DNA from: Trichoplax sp. H2 | Taxonomy: Eukaryota | Direction: 5' to 3' | NCBI GenBank assembly: GCA_003344405.1 | Contig: NOWV01000002.1 | Coordinates: 1,116,001-1,180,000 of the forward strand | DNA: 64,000 nt | Shown: in pieces, positions 12,101-27,100 of the stretch | How positions within the stretch are numbered: the first letter of the stretch is position 1 | Layout: every line of letters begins with the position of its first letter | The notes under the pieces: generated by a model | Told to the model about the DNA's origin: nothing | The model's database searches: none | What the model saw: only the letters and a program-made list of their open reading frames with translations | Position numbers and translations under genes: made by a program

Positions 12101-15100
12101 TCTGGTTTGGCAGTGTTGAAATTAGTCAACGTTTCCATGTCTGATGCTGGTAGATATGTATGTCGTAGCCAGAATAAATTTGGAAATGCTACAAGTGGCA
12201 TCGCTGTTATTGTGGTTTATTGTAAGTCAGCCTATGATTTCGACATTTGCAAGTGATTTTTTAATAGCAACTAATATCAGCTTTAATCTAATAGTAAATT
12301 TATTTTAGTAAATTAAACAGTTCAGGATAGATATACGTGAATAATCCATAGTGAGCTTAACACATTATTAATCTAGTCACAATAAATCAAATGAAAAATG
12401 GACGCTTAAACTCTTTTCCATAGGCTTTTGACTAGTTTAAAATATATTCTACACTAGTTTCTTAATTTGAAATGTTTTTGAATTTTGGGGTTTACTGTAG
12501 ATCCTCCACTTGTTACAGAACAGCCGCAAAACACTACTATCATAGAAGGTCAAACAAACCAATTAACGTGCGCTTTTACTGCCTATCCAGTCTCTTCTAT
12601 TAGTTGGGTAAAGAATATTAACGGTATAATGCAGCCTATCTTTACAGTTCCACTCATTCCAGACACAATCAATCGTGTAGTCGATACCAAAAGAGCTATC
12701 AGCCAGGATGTGGTTGATAGTAGCACTCAAGTAGTAAATCCTTCAATTAATATCTCAACGAGGAACATACGAATTAATAATACATATTCCAAGAGCATAC
12801 TCAATATTGTTAATGCAACAAGAAAAGATGAAGGGCTATACCAATGCCTAGCAGCTAATGTCGCCGGAAATGGAAGAAGCTTGTGGGCTAGCGTAACAAT
12901 CCAAGGTAAGCGTATAAATCAGCTATTTCTGTCCTTTACCACTCTTTTAAAAGAATTTAATAAGCGTACATATCATGATGAACTGACACTATTTCACATC
13001 CTATGTCATTGATTAATTATAGTCAATCTAGCTGGAGTTTCAAAGTATATTTATAGAAATACTCTTAAGTATTTAATTTGCATGAAATGGCAAATGTAAT
13101 TATAAAATTAATTCTTACAAATTAACTTTATAAATTCAATATTGACTCAACCTTATATTGCATCGAAGCGTTCTAACAAAAAATATGTCTTTGTTTATAA
13201 CGATGAATTTTTTAATTTCAGCTATGCCATACATTACTGAATCTCCTAAAAGCCAGAATATAACAGAAGGAGCTGATATTATTCTATCATGTAATGGTAG
13301 CGGTATACCAAATCCCAATGTAGTCTGGCTAAAAGATAGCATGAACCTTAGCATGGGGTTACTCCGAACTTCATTTTTGAACGAAAAGAGGATACTGATA
13401 ATAAGAAACTCTACCTTTCAAGATAGGGGTTTCTATCAGTGCTCATTTGAAAATAGCGTTGGACGTATCGTATCAGAAAATGCCTCCATTAACATTTACA
13501 GTAAGCTTTATGTTTAATTGTGTCTTTTACTCGAAGATCAATAAATCATCTGTCTACATAAAAGGCGCAGCAGTATAAAAATAAAATTCTTTATATCCAT
13601 AAAATGTAGCCACACCTCGATGGATCAGTTTTCCAAGTGATCAAATTTTTTTTCTTGGAGACAATGTTACGTTATCCTGTGATGGCACTGGTTACCCATT
13701 TCCCAGCATAACATGGTTCAGAAATGGAATAGAAATAAATAACACAGCTAGAGTTAAACTAGCTAACCAGCAGAGAATGTTAATCATTAGCAATTTTTCC
13801 ATACATGATGCAAGTTCTTATCAATGCCAACTTAAAAATAGTGCTGGGCGAATCAGAAGTCCTGTAGCTACTATTCTTAATTATAGTAAGTTCGCCTTAA
13901 GGTAGTAATGACTTAAGATTTATTTTGTAATTAAATCCCTATGGTTATTCTGTTAGATATTCCAAGTCTCATAGACTATCCAACGAGCGAAAATGTAACG
14001 CAAATGCGTGATATTATTCTATCATGCAATGGTACTGGTTATCCATATCCTAAGATATTATGGCTTAAAGATGGCGTAATGCTTAATAACTCACTGTCTC
14101 GCTATTCGATTCTAAATCAAGGGAAGACATTATCAATTAAGAATTCTACAATATACGATAGAGGATCTTATCAATGTCAGCTTGTTAATATTGTTGGAGA
14201 TATCACAAGTCCTGCAGCTATAATAGATATCTACAGTAAGATATAATTTAATGCGATCAGTGAATGAGTTATAAAAATTTCATATCTGCTAATAGGATAA
14301 TACGTAAACGTTTCTTTTATTATCATATTTTCAGCTATGCCTGTTTTCATCACTTACCCGTATAGTTATAACATTAATCAAGGAAATAATGTTACATTAT
14401 CATGCAATGGTACTGGCAATCCAGATCCTAACATATTATGGTTCAAAGATGGCATATTGCTGAACAACTCATTGTCTCGTTATTCGGTTTTAAACCGAGG
14501 GAAGACATTATTAATTAAGAATTCTACAATATACGATAGAGGACCTTATCAATGTCATCTTGTTAACATCGTTGGGAGTATCGCAAGTCCTGTAGCTTTA
14601 ATAGATATTTACAGTAAGATAAAATTTAAAATATAATCTGTGAATGAGTTATATAAATTTTATATCAATCTAATAATGGAAATATTTTTATTTATCATAT
14701 TTTCAGCTATGCCTGTTTTCAACACTTTCCCACATAGTCATAATGTTAATCTAGGAAATGATATCCTATTATCATGTAATGGCTCTGGTAATCCGCTTCC
14801 TCGAATAGAATGGCTAAAAGACGGAGCAGTGCTTGCTAATTTAAGCTCTAGGTATCAGCTAGGAAATGACCAAAGGGTGCTAATAATTAGAAATTCCTCC
14901 ATACATGATAGAGGTTCATACCAGTGTTTATTAAGCAATGCTTTAGGGGAAATGAGGAGTCCTGTGGCCTTTGTGGATATTTATAGTGCGTACTTAAGCT
15001 CAGTAATCGCCTCTATTTATGATTAATATTATAAATAAAAACAGTAAATAAAGAACCATTTTGTATTTTTTATAGCTTTACCTCAACTTATTGAATCTCC

Positions 15101-18100
15101 GATTAGTCAAAATCTCACTCAAAGAAATGATATGATTTTGCACTGTAACGGCACCGGGAATCCACTCCCAAATATTACGTGGATAAAGGATGGAATGCCT
15201 TTAAAGAATTGGACTTTTCAGTATTCTTTAATAAATAAACAGCAAACGCTCATTATTAGAAATTTTACTTGGAATAACAGAGGTTCTTACCAATGTTTAC
15301 TTAAAAATCTCGTTGGACAAATTGCAAGCCCGATGGCTATCGTAGATTTTTATGGTAAGTTATCTGGTAATTTATCCAAGCTAACCGTTTTAATGAAGTT
15401 GTCTAATTTGAAAGAACCTTTCTAATACAGTTAGTTACAGGAATGCGTAAGGGTATGCTATGCTACTCATCTACATATATGCTACAATTTTCGATTAATG
15501 TCGTCAGCTTATTGCTAACTATCTAATCGTACGATTTTACTTACTACTAAGCATAAAATCCATCAATGTGTTAATGACTATAGATTATTATTGCTTGCTT
15601 GTAGCTAATGAATGAATTTTGTTTTTACCGAATGCTAACTATGTATACTATACGCTTCCAGCTATACCTACATTTGTTAACTACACAAAATCGCTATCCA
15701 TTCCAATCGGAGAAGCAATCACATTACAATGCACTGGAGCTGGTTCACCTTCCCCTAAAATTGTTTGGCTACAAAATGATATTCAAATATCAACTAATCA
15801 GTCTTTTATGACTTTGCTATCTAATTTGAATGGATACTTTGTAGTATCTAGTACCTTCAGTATTGAATTATCAACAGCACAAGATTCCGGTGTCTACAGA
15901 TGTACGATTATGAATTCATTTGGGTTTTCTACTTCTACAGGAATATCTATTACTATATTAGGTAAATAATTGATAACCTGAAACACTGTAAAATTTTAAT
16001 TATATTTACAATATAGTAGGTAATTATCACTGTTAAATATATGTTCCGTGCTGTGATAAGCTGCGTTACCAATAGTTATCATACATGTTCTTACTTTGAA
16101 GGATTGCCTCGAAAAGGATAGGTGTTGCAAATAGCATCTTCTAAAGTCATTAATGTGATATTTCTATTTTAGAACCCCCTTCACCTGTTGGCAATATATC
16201 CATAACAAATATAACCGCAAGAAGTTTCCAAATTTCATGGCTGCGGCCTAATTTCGAAGGCCATACGCCAATTACCAATTATACTGTTGAAATTCTAAAC
16301 CAGTTTAATAAGTCAATTCCTATAGCTCTCTTCTGTCCAACTAATTCAAGTTTTAACGATTGCATAATTCTCTCTACATCTATATCTATTAATAATTTGA
16401 CCCCATACGCGTTATATTATGTTAAAGTTATTGCAAATAATATTGTGGGTGCAAGTCGTTCTAATTTAGCACGGATCAAAACTGATCAAACTGGTAAGAC
16501 GATTAAATGCGAGCTGTATAACAGTTTGAAATTTTGAATATTATTAAAAAATCGTAGAAAGAATCTAAAAGTTGAATTAGTATTACTTTAAGGTTATCGA
16601 TGATCTAATGATTAATTGAAATTTATTTCTTTTGCCAAAGCTCCTGGGGACTCTGTTTCTAATATCATTGGATTAGGATACAATTCAACAACTATTAAAA
16701 TTGCTTGGAATCCACCAAGTCAATCTAACGGCATTGTTGGATATCGATTGTATCAGTGGAATTCATATGACCTGGCTATGAATCAAACCAATATAACATC
16801 TGCTTTAGTCTATGCTGGAAATAACACAACGTACTATGCAACTAAGCTAGCAAGAGATCAAGTCTATTATTATCAGATTATCTCTTACAACTTAAAATAT
16901 CACATTGATGGTCCCAAAAGTCCAGTATTTAATGGATCTACTCATGAAGACAGTGCGTATTTTGATTGTTATAATACCATTATCAGTTATAACTACTCTA
17001 TATGTTGACCCGGCAATCGTTAGTATTTTGTACTTGCTCTTTTCTATGTAAGAAGTTCGTTGTACTAATATGCCATATGCCAAATTGTAACTTTAGTCAT
17101 GATTCAATTACTTATGGTAGTCATTAATTTGGCACTTTTACAATTGTAGCGAACGATTTTTATACACAATTAGACAACATATCTGCTCTTCTTATTTAGT
17201 AAACTATATTCTTAATTGTATACCGAACTACTAATACGTTACTACTACATGTTAGTAAAATATTGAAGACTATAATTTTAACTGCCTTGTTAAGTTTCTC
17301 TAAAGGATAAATCTGTTGTGCCAATATACCAAATTATATCTTTATTTCATATGGTTGCTGATTCCTTTAAATTGATTTAAGCTATTTCATTATTAAAATT
17401 ATAGTACCATCCTCAGCTCCTATCCATATCGTTGCTATATCGTCATCGCCAACAACCCTTACTCTACAGTGGGAGCCACCACCTGTAAAGAATCGAAATG
17501 GAGTTATTTTAACCTATAGAATTATATATCGATCATCCTTATTAAATACAACAGTATCTGTACAAGTGGATGGCTCTATATTATCAACATTATTGAGGAA
17601 TTTGCGCCCATACACTGCCTATAACATCACTCTTGCAGCAGCCACGATAGTTGGTTATGGACCGGAAAGTCCTATAGTATCCGAATCCACGATGCAAGCA
17701 GGTAAAGTTGGATTTCTCCGTAGATTATCTTATGCTGTCTAATTTAACTGATGATAGAAAGAATATTATAGCTTCAATTGAGTAGCTACGTGAAGTATAT
17801 AGTGCTTACTTTCTCCATAATTAATAACCTATAGTAGCTATCGAAAGATAAACCATTTTCTGGTGTAATTGCTCTGATTCTAATTTATGGTAATAAAAAT
17901 GACATGAATCTCATTACAGTTATATTTACATAATCGAGAAATTTAAACATTAATTTTTGGAGGTTTTTTCTTCTAATTGCTAGCTCCTATGCAAAGTCCA
18001 AGCATATTCAATATTTCCTTGATTAATAATAATACACTTAAAGTAGAGTGGCTGGTAAGTGATTGAGTTGACTTTTACTACTATTACGAACTATATCTAA

Positions 18101-21100
18101 TGATATTATTCAAAAGTTATCAAGCTACTACAATGATAAGATATCATTTTCTTAAAACGGGTATTATATATTACTATTACGGAGAATCTAATTACAGTAT
18201 AGGCTGTCAAAAAGCATTCCTAAATCGTTTAATTAATGCTATTAATTTCTAATAGATTATATTTTAAACCATTGTAATGGTCGAGAGTATTAACGAAAGA
18301 GTTTTACCAATTCATCACAATTACCTAATATTAAGTAGTTTATCACGCACTTTGTGTTCTTAACTCGGTATCAGATAATAGAAAAGCTTTATCGATATTG
18401 AAAGATATTAATTTTAGGTACTTTGCTAAATTAATAAAATTATCCTATATCAAATAATGACAGTTTAAAATGAAATTAAAATAAGCGTAGCTAATATTGC
18501 CTGAGATATATGTATGAATCAGAACATACGGGATGGGATTAATTAAGTACGACGTAATAATCTATAATGATATGAGAAGCATGATGTACCTACCAGTATT
18601 TCTAAAATTTTGTTCACTAACAGCTACTGCCAACAGAAAGTATTCCTGGTATTTTGGAAGGATTTTACTTACTGTTAAATAATTCTAAATTTGGAATAAT
18701 GGAGAATCGAACCGTCTATGTTAATCAAACCGTCGAACAAGCTGGAAGGAGGTACCTATTAGCAGCAAATTTAACCTACTATTCGCAGTATTGGATATCG
18801 CTACAAGCATTTTCAGCTGGTGGAGCGGGTCCAAGCAGTGTAAGATATTCCATTGATACGCCTGTTTCAGGTTAGTTAATTCATATTAATGCATTAATAA
18901 TAAGTTAATAAGATCAAAACGATATGTTGCTACATTATAACATGAAGCTTTTCTGTATGGAAGCCAGTCTATACTATGAGTTTTCAGCTTCTTGGAAGAT
19001 ATAAACTGCTGTATAGAATGAAAGTTTTAAAATTGATTTAGTTCCATCTAGCTCACCCCAGAATATCAATATAGTACCTGGACAGTTCTTGGCAACATCA
19101 GCTATAATTAGTTGGGCTCCTCCTGCTGTGAAATATCAAAATGGAATTATTACTAAATATAAAATCAGTTACATGATTGATAATCCTCTAATAGTAGCAA
19201 AAAAACCAGCCGTTATAGTTATTAATGACAACGTGACACAATATATGCTTGAGAATTTGATTCCTGTACAGAATTACACTATTCAGGTTGCAGCATCTAC
19301 AACAGTCGGATTTGGTCCTTATAGTATCCCCATGATATATCAAACTAGGAAATCAGGTTGGTTCAATGTAATGCAACATTTCTATATTAATTGATGCTGT
19401 TTGGGTAATTGTAATTTACCAATAACGGACGCAAATCTAGATCAGGGTAGCTGTTTCTGCTAATAGCTGTATCTACTTCCATATCTTATTTCATCATATT
19501 TATTTCAGTGTCCCCAAGTATTACTCTAACACCAACAAATTGGACCGTAGATGCAGGAGCTAACATTTCTCTACAATGTAGCGCAGATGGTGATCCAATT
19601 CCAACTGTAACTTGGTTGAAAGATAATCGCACCTTGATTGGAAAAAGCTATGAAAAAATATCAGGGCTTTCAATTCATACTAAAATATCTATTTTGCGAG
19701 CAACGATTGCAGATGGTGGCAATTATCAATGTCAGTTTATAAATTATGGAGGAACTGCTGTTACAGATGCTGCTGTTGTTCACGTTTGGGGTACGTATTT
19801 TCGGAAATGTATATTGAACTTTGAGCTTGTCTTGCTATAGGCTATAGAATACCTACAACGGGTTATATTATTCGACAGTACAAATTGTTGAGGTTAGCTA
19901 CCAACACACCTGATGTTTGTAACATTAAATCACAAGTATATATGCTTCCTTCTTGATTGATCCATATTTCCCTACTAATGATAATAATCTTAGCATATTA
20001 ATGATCTAAGCAGCTAAGCAAAGCAATACTTTGTTGTCAGTGTTCTAAGGCATTCTACAATTAGTTTTTATCATATAAAAATTATGATGCATGTCCTATA
20101 TCAAAACTGGAAGTTTTGTAATTTATTCCATCATAAATCTAGACTTCAAAAGTTGATCTTATGACATATTTCAAATGTATATGTAAAGATAGCAAATATA
20201 CACCTCGACAATAGTAATTAATACCATCGATGGGCCATTGAGCTACTATAATCTAAATTTGTTATACTTTGTTCACAATGCGAAATTTTTTCTAACCTTG
20301 AATTTTTGTGCTTGCATATTTTTGACTTCAAAGAACCTCCTATCGTGAGTTTGTTTCCAAGAAATCAAAATATAACACAAGGTGGCAGTTTACAATTAAC
20401 ATGTTATGGTTATGGATATCCACCTCCTGTCATATCATGGTTTAAAGATGGTAAACAATACAATCATCCAAGCCGAAATTGGATTAATGGCTCTGAAGTA
20501 CAGAGCATGCTGATAATTCATAATATATCGAGTCTAGATGAAGGATACTACAAATGCCAGCTAAATAACTCAGCTGGAACAGCTACAAGCCAATCATCAT
20601 TGATTACTATTTATAGTAAGTCTTCTTTAGTTTTCAAAAGTACCAATTTTAACCCTATTTTAATCCAACAATTATTTGAAAATAATTTCCCAAAGCCATA
20701 AATTTTGAGCGAAAGCACTGTATAAGTTCTGAATAAACGGCGATAGTTTAAAAAATATTTTGTAACAAATTTTATTGCAGAATTTCAATCCTGTTCTATT
20801 TCATACGTTAGAAATAATATTATATATGTTTCCAATTTTTTTCGTACTTCGAAAGATAGTAAACGCAACTGCATATGATTAGACAAATTGATATACTGTT
20901 GTTTATAGAGAAGACTTCGTAAGCGTATAATATGTGCATTTAATTCTCTTATTGCTTGTTGCATTAATAATTTATAATGTAATTCAAATTCTATAGCCTA
21001 TCCGTCTATAATAGTTTCTCCTGTAAGTCAAGTCGTTATTGAGGGCAATACTGTCACACTATCGTGTACTGGTAAAGGTAAACCTTTACCCGAAATATCC

Positions 21101-24100
21101 TGGCTGAAAAATGGATTACCTTTGATCCGTGTTCAGTTGATCGGCGAACTTGAGGAAAGCACAATCATACTGCCTAATTCTACCATCGATGATGCTGGTT
21201 CTTACCAATGTCAGTTAGAAAACCTTGCAGGAAAAGTAAAAAGTCAAGCTGTAACCGTCACTGTGCACAGTAAGTTTTAGTACTTTAAGACTACTTAAAT
21301 TATATAGCTTCTACACTTATGAAGGTCTTTGTTTAATCTATAATTATCGATACTAAAATAAAATTTCAATATATTGTAATTGGATATTAGCATTTAATCA
21401 TAAAGTTCTTTCTAGTCCTTCAATTTATAAAATAAATTACTCTCACATCAAGAATATTTTGATATAATCCTGATTATAAAAGTGTAGCTATTTTATTGAA
21501 GTGATACTTTTCCTCCTGCTGCGATTAATTTGTTAACTTACTCTACTACTAAAATATGTAATCAGCTCCTATTACTATTATAAGTTAAGTTTTAAAATCC
21601 TTATTCCATTAGTTCATTTGTTATTTAGCTTTTGCTTTTGTTTATCTAGCCTTTCCATCAGTCTTCCTATCTCCAGTGGATGTTAATGCCACCATTAACC
21701 AGACTATTACCCTAAATTGTAATGCAACTGGTAATCCTGTTCCTACTATAGTTTGGCTAAAAGACGGCCAACCATTATTAAATAGTCAAGGATCTGGTCC
21801 TCAACTTATTTTCAATTCCCTGGCTTCTGATGATGAAGGAATCTATCAGTGCCGATTTAGTAATGTCGCTGGTTATGCTTTGAGTGATCCAAGTAGGCTT
21901 CGAGTTTATTGTAAGTAGCGATATTTGAGATTAGTTCTATAAAAGAGGAACATTTTTCGTAGTTAAATCATGGTTATGATACTGTTTTAAGCACTATAAA
22001 AACCTTCGTATACTTTCGCAGTCGTTTTCTTAACGATTTAATAGTTTATTTTAAATGGCGCCAAGATACTTCTACTAATGATGGAATACCAATCTTTCTC
22101 TGTTAAAGTTAAATTAGGATTATTAACTATGACACTTTTAAACACTGTAAACCTTTGCATTCTTCCGCTGTTACTTTTATAACTAAATAGCTTAATTCAA
22201 ATGATACCAAGACACCACGTTTATTATAGAAAGTTAAATTTTCTCTGTTGCAGCTATCCCTGAGTTTATAAATTATACCAGCCAACTAGTTATTTCCCAA
22301 GGTAGAACGATTCAATTACACTGTATTGGGTCTTCTATACCTAAGCCGACGATATCATGGCTAAGAAATGGTACAATTCTTTCATCAAATCTATCATCTG
22401 AATTAATTCTACAAGCTGCTGAGATCAAGTTATATTCCAGTACTCTAAGTATAATTAAATCCCAGATTACTGATGCTGGTAATTACCAATGCTTAATTTC
22501 CAACTTGTTTACGACATCAAGAAGCCAAAATATTCCAGTTGTAATCTTAGGTAGGTTGAAATGACATATAGCATTTTCTAATTTTAGTAAAATTTTGCAC
22601 AAGAAACTTAAAATCAAAATCAATGTCTGAAGTGTTATTAATTAAACATTATTTTGAGAGTATTAATTAATTTGTTGTTAATACATGCATTAGTTTTCAT
22701 AGTAAAATTGAATTGCAATAACGGTAAGTTTATGAATTATTTTAAAACTATTATCTCTTATATGAATAAGAGTAAAAATGATCTACTTTGGGTAAATGAT
22801 GAGTATAATCAATCTTTTCTGATTGTTGCATAGCCTTGTTAAAAGTTCAATAAGCAATGTTATTTTCGTCGAAAATCATTATTGCTTAAATCATCCAATC
22901 TAGAATTAGCTCTCCCTTCCCCAGTTAGCCAGATTAGATCATCCAATCTTTCAGCTACTGGTTTTACGCTTCATTGGACTCCTCCTAAATTTGATGGCTA
23001 TACTCCAATTACTAATTATATCATTCAGTTATTAAATGATCGAAATCAGAGTGTAATCCATTACAATTGTCAAAACAGACGAATTGTCGATCGCTGCGTA
23101 GTCAATTCCAGCTTAATCGTTATTGATGGTTTACATCCATATAGTCGTTACCTCATTAAGGTTTGGGCTGTGAATAAAATAGGCGAAAGTCAAAGCCAAG
23201 AAATATCCATCAAGACAGATGAGACAGGTAAGGTTGCTTAGGTGAATTAGCTAAAAATTGATATAAAATTGACGAGGTGTTGATATTATGTGCGTTTAGC
23301 TCTAGTAATGGGATTAACCGTTAAGGCTGTTAATGAATAGATATGAAATTGAGCCAACATTGCTGGCACAGAATATTGTTCTGGTAGTGTAATGAACATT
23401 TAAATCTATACTTGTAAATTAATAAACAGACGCGAAATTGAGTCGATATTGCTTGCATCGAATATAGTTCTAGTAGTGTGATGAATAGTTAAAGTTATGC
23501 TTACAAATTAATAAATAAATGCGAAATTGAGTCGATATTGCCGTCATAGAATGTGTTTCTAGTAGTATGATTAACAATTAATGCTACACTTATAAATTAG
23601 TAAATAGACATGAAATTGAGTAGATATTACTGGCATAGAATGTCTTTCTAGTAGTGGAATTAATAGTTATAGCTGTACTTATGTATTAATAAATAGACAT
23701 AAAATTGAGTAAATATTAATGTTAAGGAATTCTAACAGCTGAATCAGTGATTCAATGTTTATTAGCTCATAAATTGACGCAAAAGTACTGATGAAATTCA
23801 GATTTATCAGCTATACTACAATTTGATTATCTACTTATGGATGAATAAATTGGCGTAAAGCTGAATAGATACTACTGGCATAAAATTCTAGCAGGTGTAA
23901 TAGTAATTCAATCTGCTTATTAACTCACAAATTGACGCAAAACTGCTAATGAAATGCAGCTTCATCTGCCAGATTTATAATTTGCATATCTGCTTATGAA
24001 TGAACAATTCAACGTGAGACTGAGAAATATTAAGGCTCTATACGAATCTTAGTAGTCAAAATGAACCATCTAATTTTATAACCTGCTCTTTACTAATATT

Positions 24101-27100
24101 ATTGTAGTCCTGTATGTGATGGAATTGTACACTATTCCATCAACCATAAATTCCAACACTTACATACCGCCACACAGATAGTATTAATAATTTAAAATGA
24201 TGTTCTACTCAAGAGATCATCACATTCAGAAATGATTTTATTTTAACATTAGAAGCTAGCAATTGAATGACGATTAATATTCTTTTTATAATTTTTATCG
24301 CAGCTCCCGGAGATAGCGTAGCTAAATTTTTAGCCATTGCTTATAACTCTACCTGCATACTATTAGAATGGGCATCGCCACAAGCTGTTAATGGCGTCAT
24401 GGAATATAGACTCTATCAATGGAAACAATTCTACGCTGAGCAGACTAACTCTTCCGATATGATCTATCTTGGTCCAAATACGCATTATTATTCATGTGGA
24501 TTACAAGAGAATCAGATTTATTTTTTCCAAACTATTCCTTATAATGTAAAATATCATCTTGACGGGCCTAAAAGCATTATTATTAATGCCACGACTGAAG
24601 AAGATCGTAAGGCTAATTCAATGTTTAAATTGCTTTGAATAATAGATAAAATTTTAGAGTGATGTAGTAAATACTTTATTTTTCATCTTACGAGACTAAA
24701 CTATTGCTCTTCAATTTTGTTCCAAACTTCATGACAGGACCAAGTTCTTCTCCTATGAATATCAACGCAATATCTACATCGCCAACATCAATATTGCTAA
24801 CGTGGCAACCGCTGAATAACCTCGATCGAAATGGTGTTATTCTATCTTATCAGATTCGTTATTTCCATAAAGCACAAATGAATAGCACAAAATCGATTTC
24901 AATCCATGGCCAGTTAACATCGTTTACATTAACAGGCTTACGTGCATATACGACTTATTTCATCACCATGAAAGCGAAAACGGCTGTAGGATTTGGACCT
25001 GAGAGTCCAATACTTACGGAAACGACGTTTCAGGACGGTAAATTGGATATTGTATGGCGTAATTAGCTTAAACTTTTCTTCTTGTAAATAAATTACTGAC
25101 ATTGAAACAATAATCTTTAGCTCCAAACGGGAAACCTCAATTGAAAGAGAATTTGCCAATAAGTGGTGATAGTGTCAAGGTGGAGTGGAAGGTTTGTGCT
25201 GATATTCTAATTTTTTATGATAAAAGCATGAAAAAATTGCTCATAGATTCCTGTCTAGAAAGAGCATTAACTTCGATGAACTTGAAGCATCGCGGATTCT
25301 ATTCATTGTAGTTTATACCGATACCTAAAGTGAAAAGCAATTTGAGTTGAAGCATTTCTACTAAAAGTAGCCTATAAGCCACATAAGTTAGATTTAATAA
25401 GAAGACATCAAAATCAATTTGTAGTCTTTTCAATTCTATACAAGTAGCACATAGGTATACTGCAATAAAATATCATAACAGTAATAAGCTAGAAATGGTT
25501 CTAATAAGCTTATCCAATTCTGTGGTTGTTAAGGCTATGCCAGTCGATCAAATCCGTGGTATCTTGCAAGGATTTTACTACATTTTAAATCAAATCAATG
25601 CTGGCATTCGTTATAATCGATCTGTTGCAGTTAACGAGACTCTAGCTGCTGGTGATATTCGATCGTTTACTATTTCCAGCCTTCAATATTTCACAGGATA
25701 TAACATATCTGTTCAAGCTTATACTATTGCTGGAGTTGGTCCACTAAGTGATGTACGCTCCTTTACTACACCTGAATCAGGTTCGATTCTTGATATTTTG
25801 CGGCTAAAGTAACATGATTTAGATATAAATTCTTTCTAATTTGGAGAGAAAAGATTTATTCTTGAAGGGCTTAAATTATTTATTACCTTATAGTCCCTTC
25901 AGGATGGCCACTAATTAGTCAAATTATACCTGCAAATTCACCATCAACATCGGCTACTGTAGCATGGATCCCTCCTGAAAGCACGTCTCGAAATGGTATA
26001 CTAATAAAGTATAAGATCAAATATGCACTTATTGATGGGCAGATAATACCCGATAAAGAAACTGCAATAACCGTCGGCAAGGTTACTCGCTATACCCTCA
26101 CTGGCTTAATTCCGTTTAATAACTATTCTATACGAGTAGCAGCATCGACATCTGTGGGCTTTGGTCCAGATAGCCCAGTTGTTGTCTATCAAACTAGAAA
26201 ATCAGGTAAAGAATTCCTTATCCTTCTTCGGTAGAAAGTTAAAAAGAATCTCTGACTTTATAAACTCCTCCTTAGTATTTTGAAATATCTTTCTGATCAA
26301 TGCTATTGCTTAACTTGATATTTAGTTGTACCCAAAGTAATAACCTATCCTGAAAGCCAACTTCTTCAAGCTGGTGCTACCATTACATTGGAATGTCGAG
26401 CTAATGGCGAGCCAATCCCAACTGTAAATTGGGTTAAAAATAATCAGCCTATCGATCAAATTTATGATATATCTACTGCATCGGGTTACAGCAATTTAAC
26501 AATAAATAAAATAGCAAAAGCAGATAGTGGCCTATATCAATGTTTATTCAGCAATTACGCCGGTTCCGTTCGAACTATTGCGGCCAATATTACAGTCATG
26601 GGTAAGTTGTATTTATCAATTTAGGCTAGCAAGAAGTTTTGACATAGAAGTTGAATTATCGTTCTAAAATTCTTTACCATTGCTACATAGATAATGATAC
26701 ATTGCAATTTTGCCCTGCTGAAGTTGCTAATAATTTAAGATGGCCAAAGACATCAGATGGGCAAGTTGCTACAATAAATTGTCCTCCGCCAGCGCAAGGT
26801 TCGTAGGATAGTATCTCGCTAAGATAGCCCGTCATAGCGCAAATTAATTTATTCCCGATAATATAGTCTTTTATTTCGCTGTGGTAAATAATCTTTAGGT
26901 CTTGTAACACGCTTATGCCAAGTTAGCGGTAATGGCTTATCGATTTGGCAATCCATTGATACTACTGGCTGCATTTCACCGGTGTTTAGTCAAATCTCTA
27001 ATTTGGTAAAATTTATAATTAACCGATTTTATTTTGAGCTTATTCTATTGCACTGTTTTAATGTACACATAGAGTTAGAAATTCTCTCTTGCTATTTATA

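Noticed and set aside
26683..26910. Minus-strand ORFs over the receptor gene (also 13136, 16892, 24938, 28095, 32643, 37036, 38161, 38367) and plus-strand ORFs over the HDGFL2-like gene (56110, 57129, 58898)
   Set aside because: Antisense shadows of real exons on the opposite strand.
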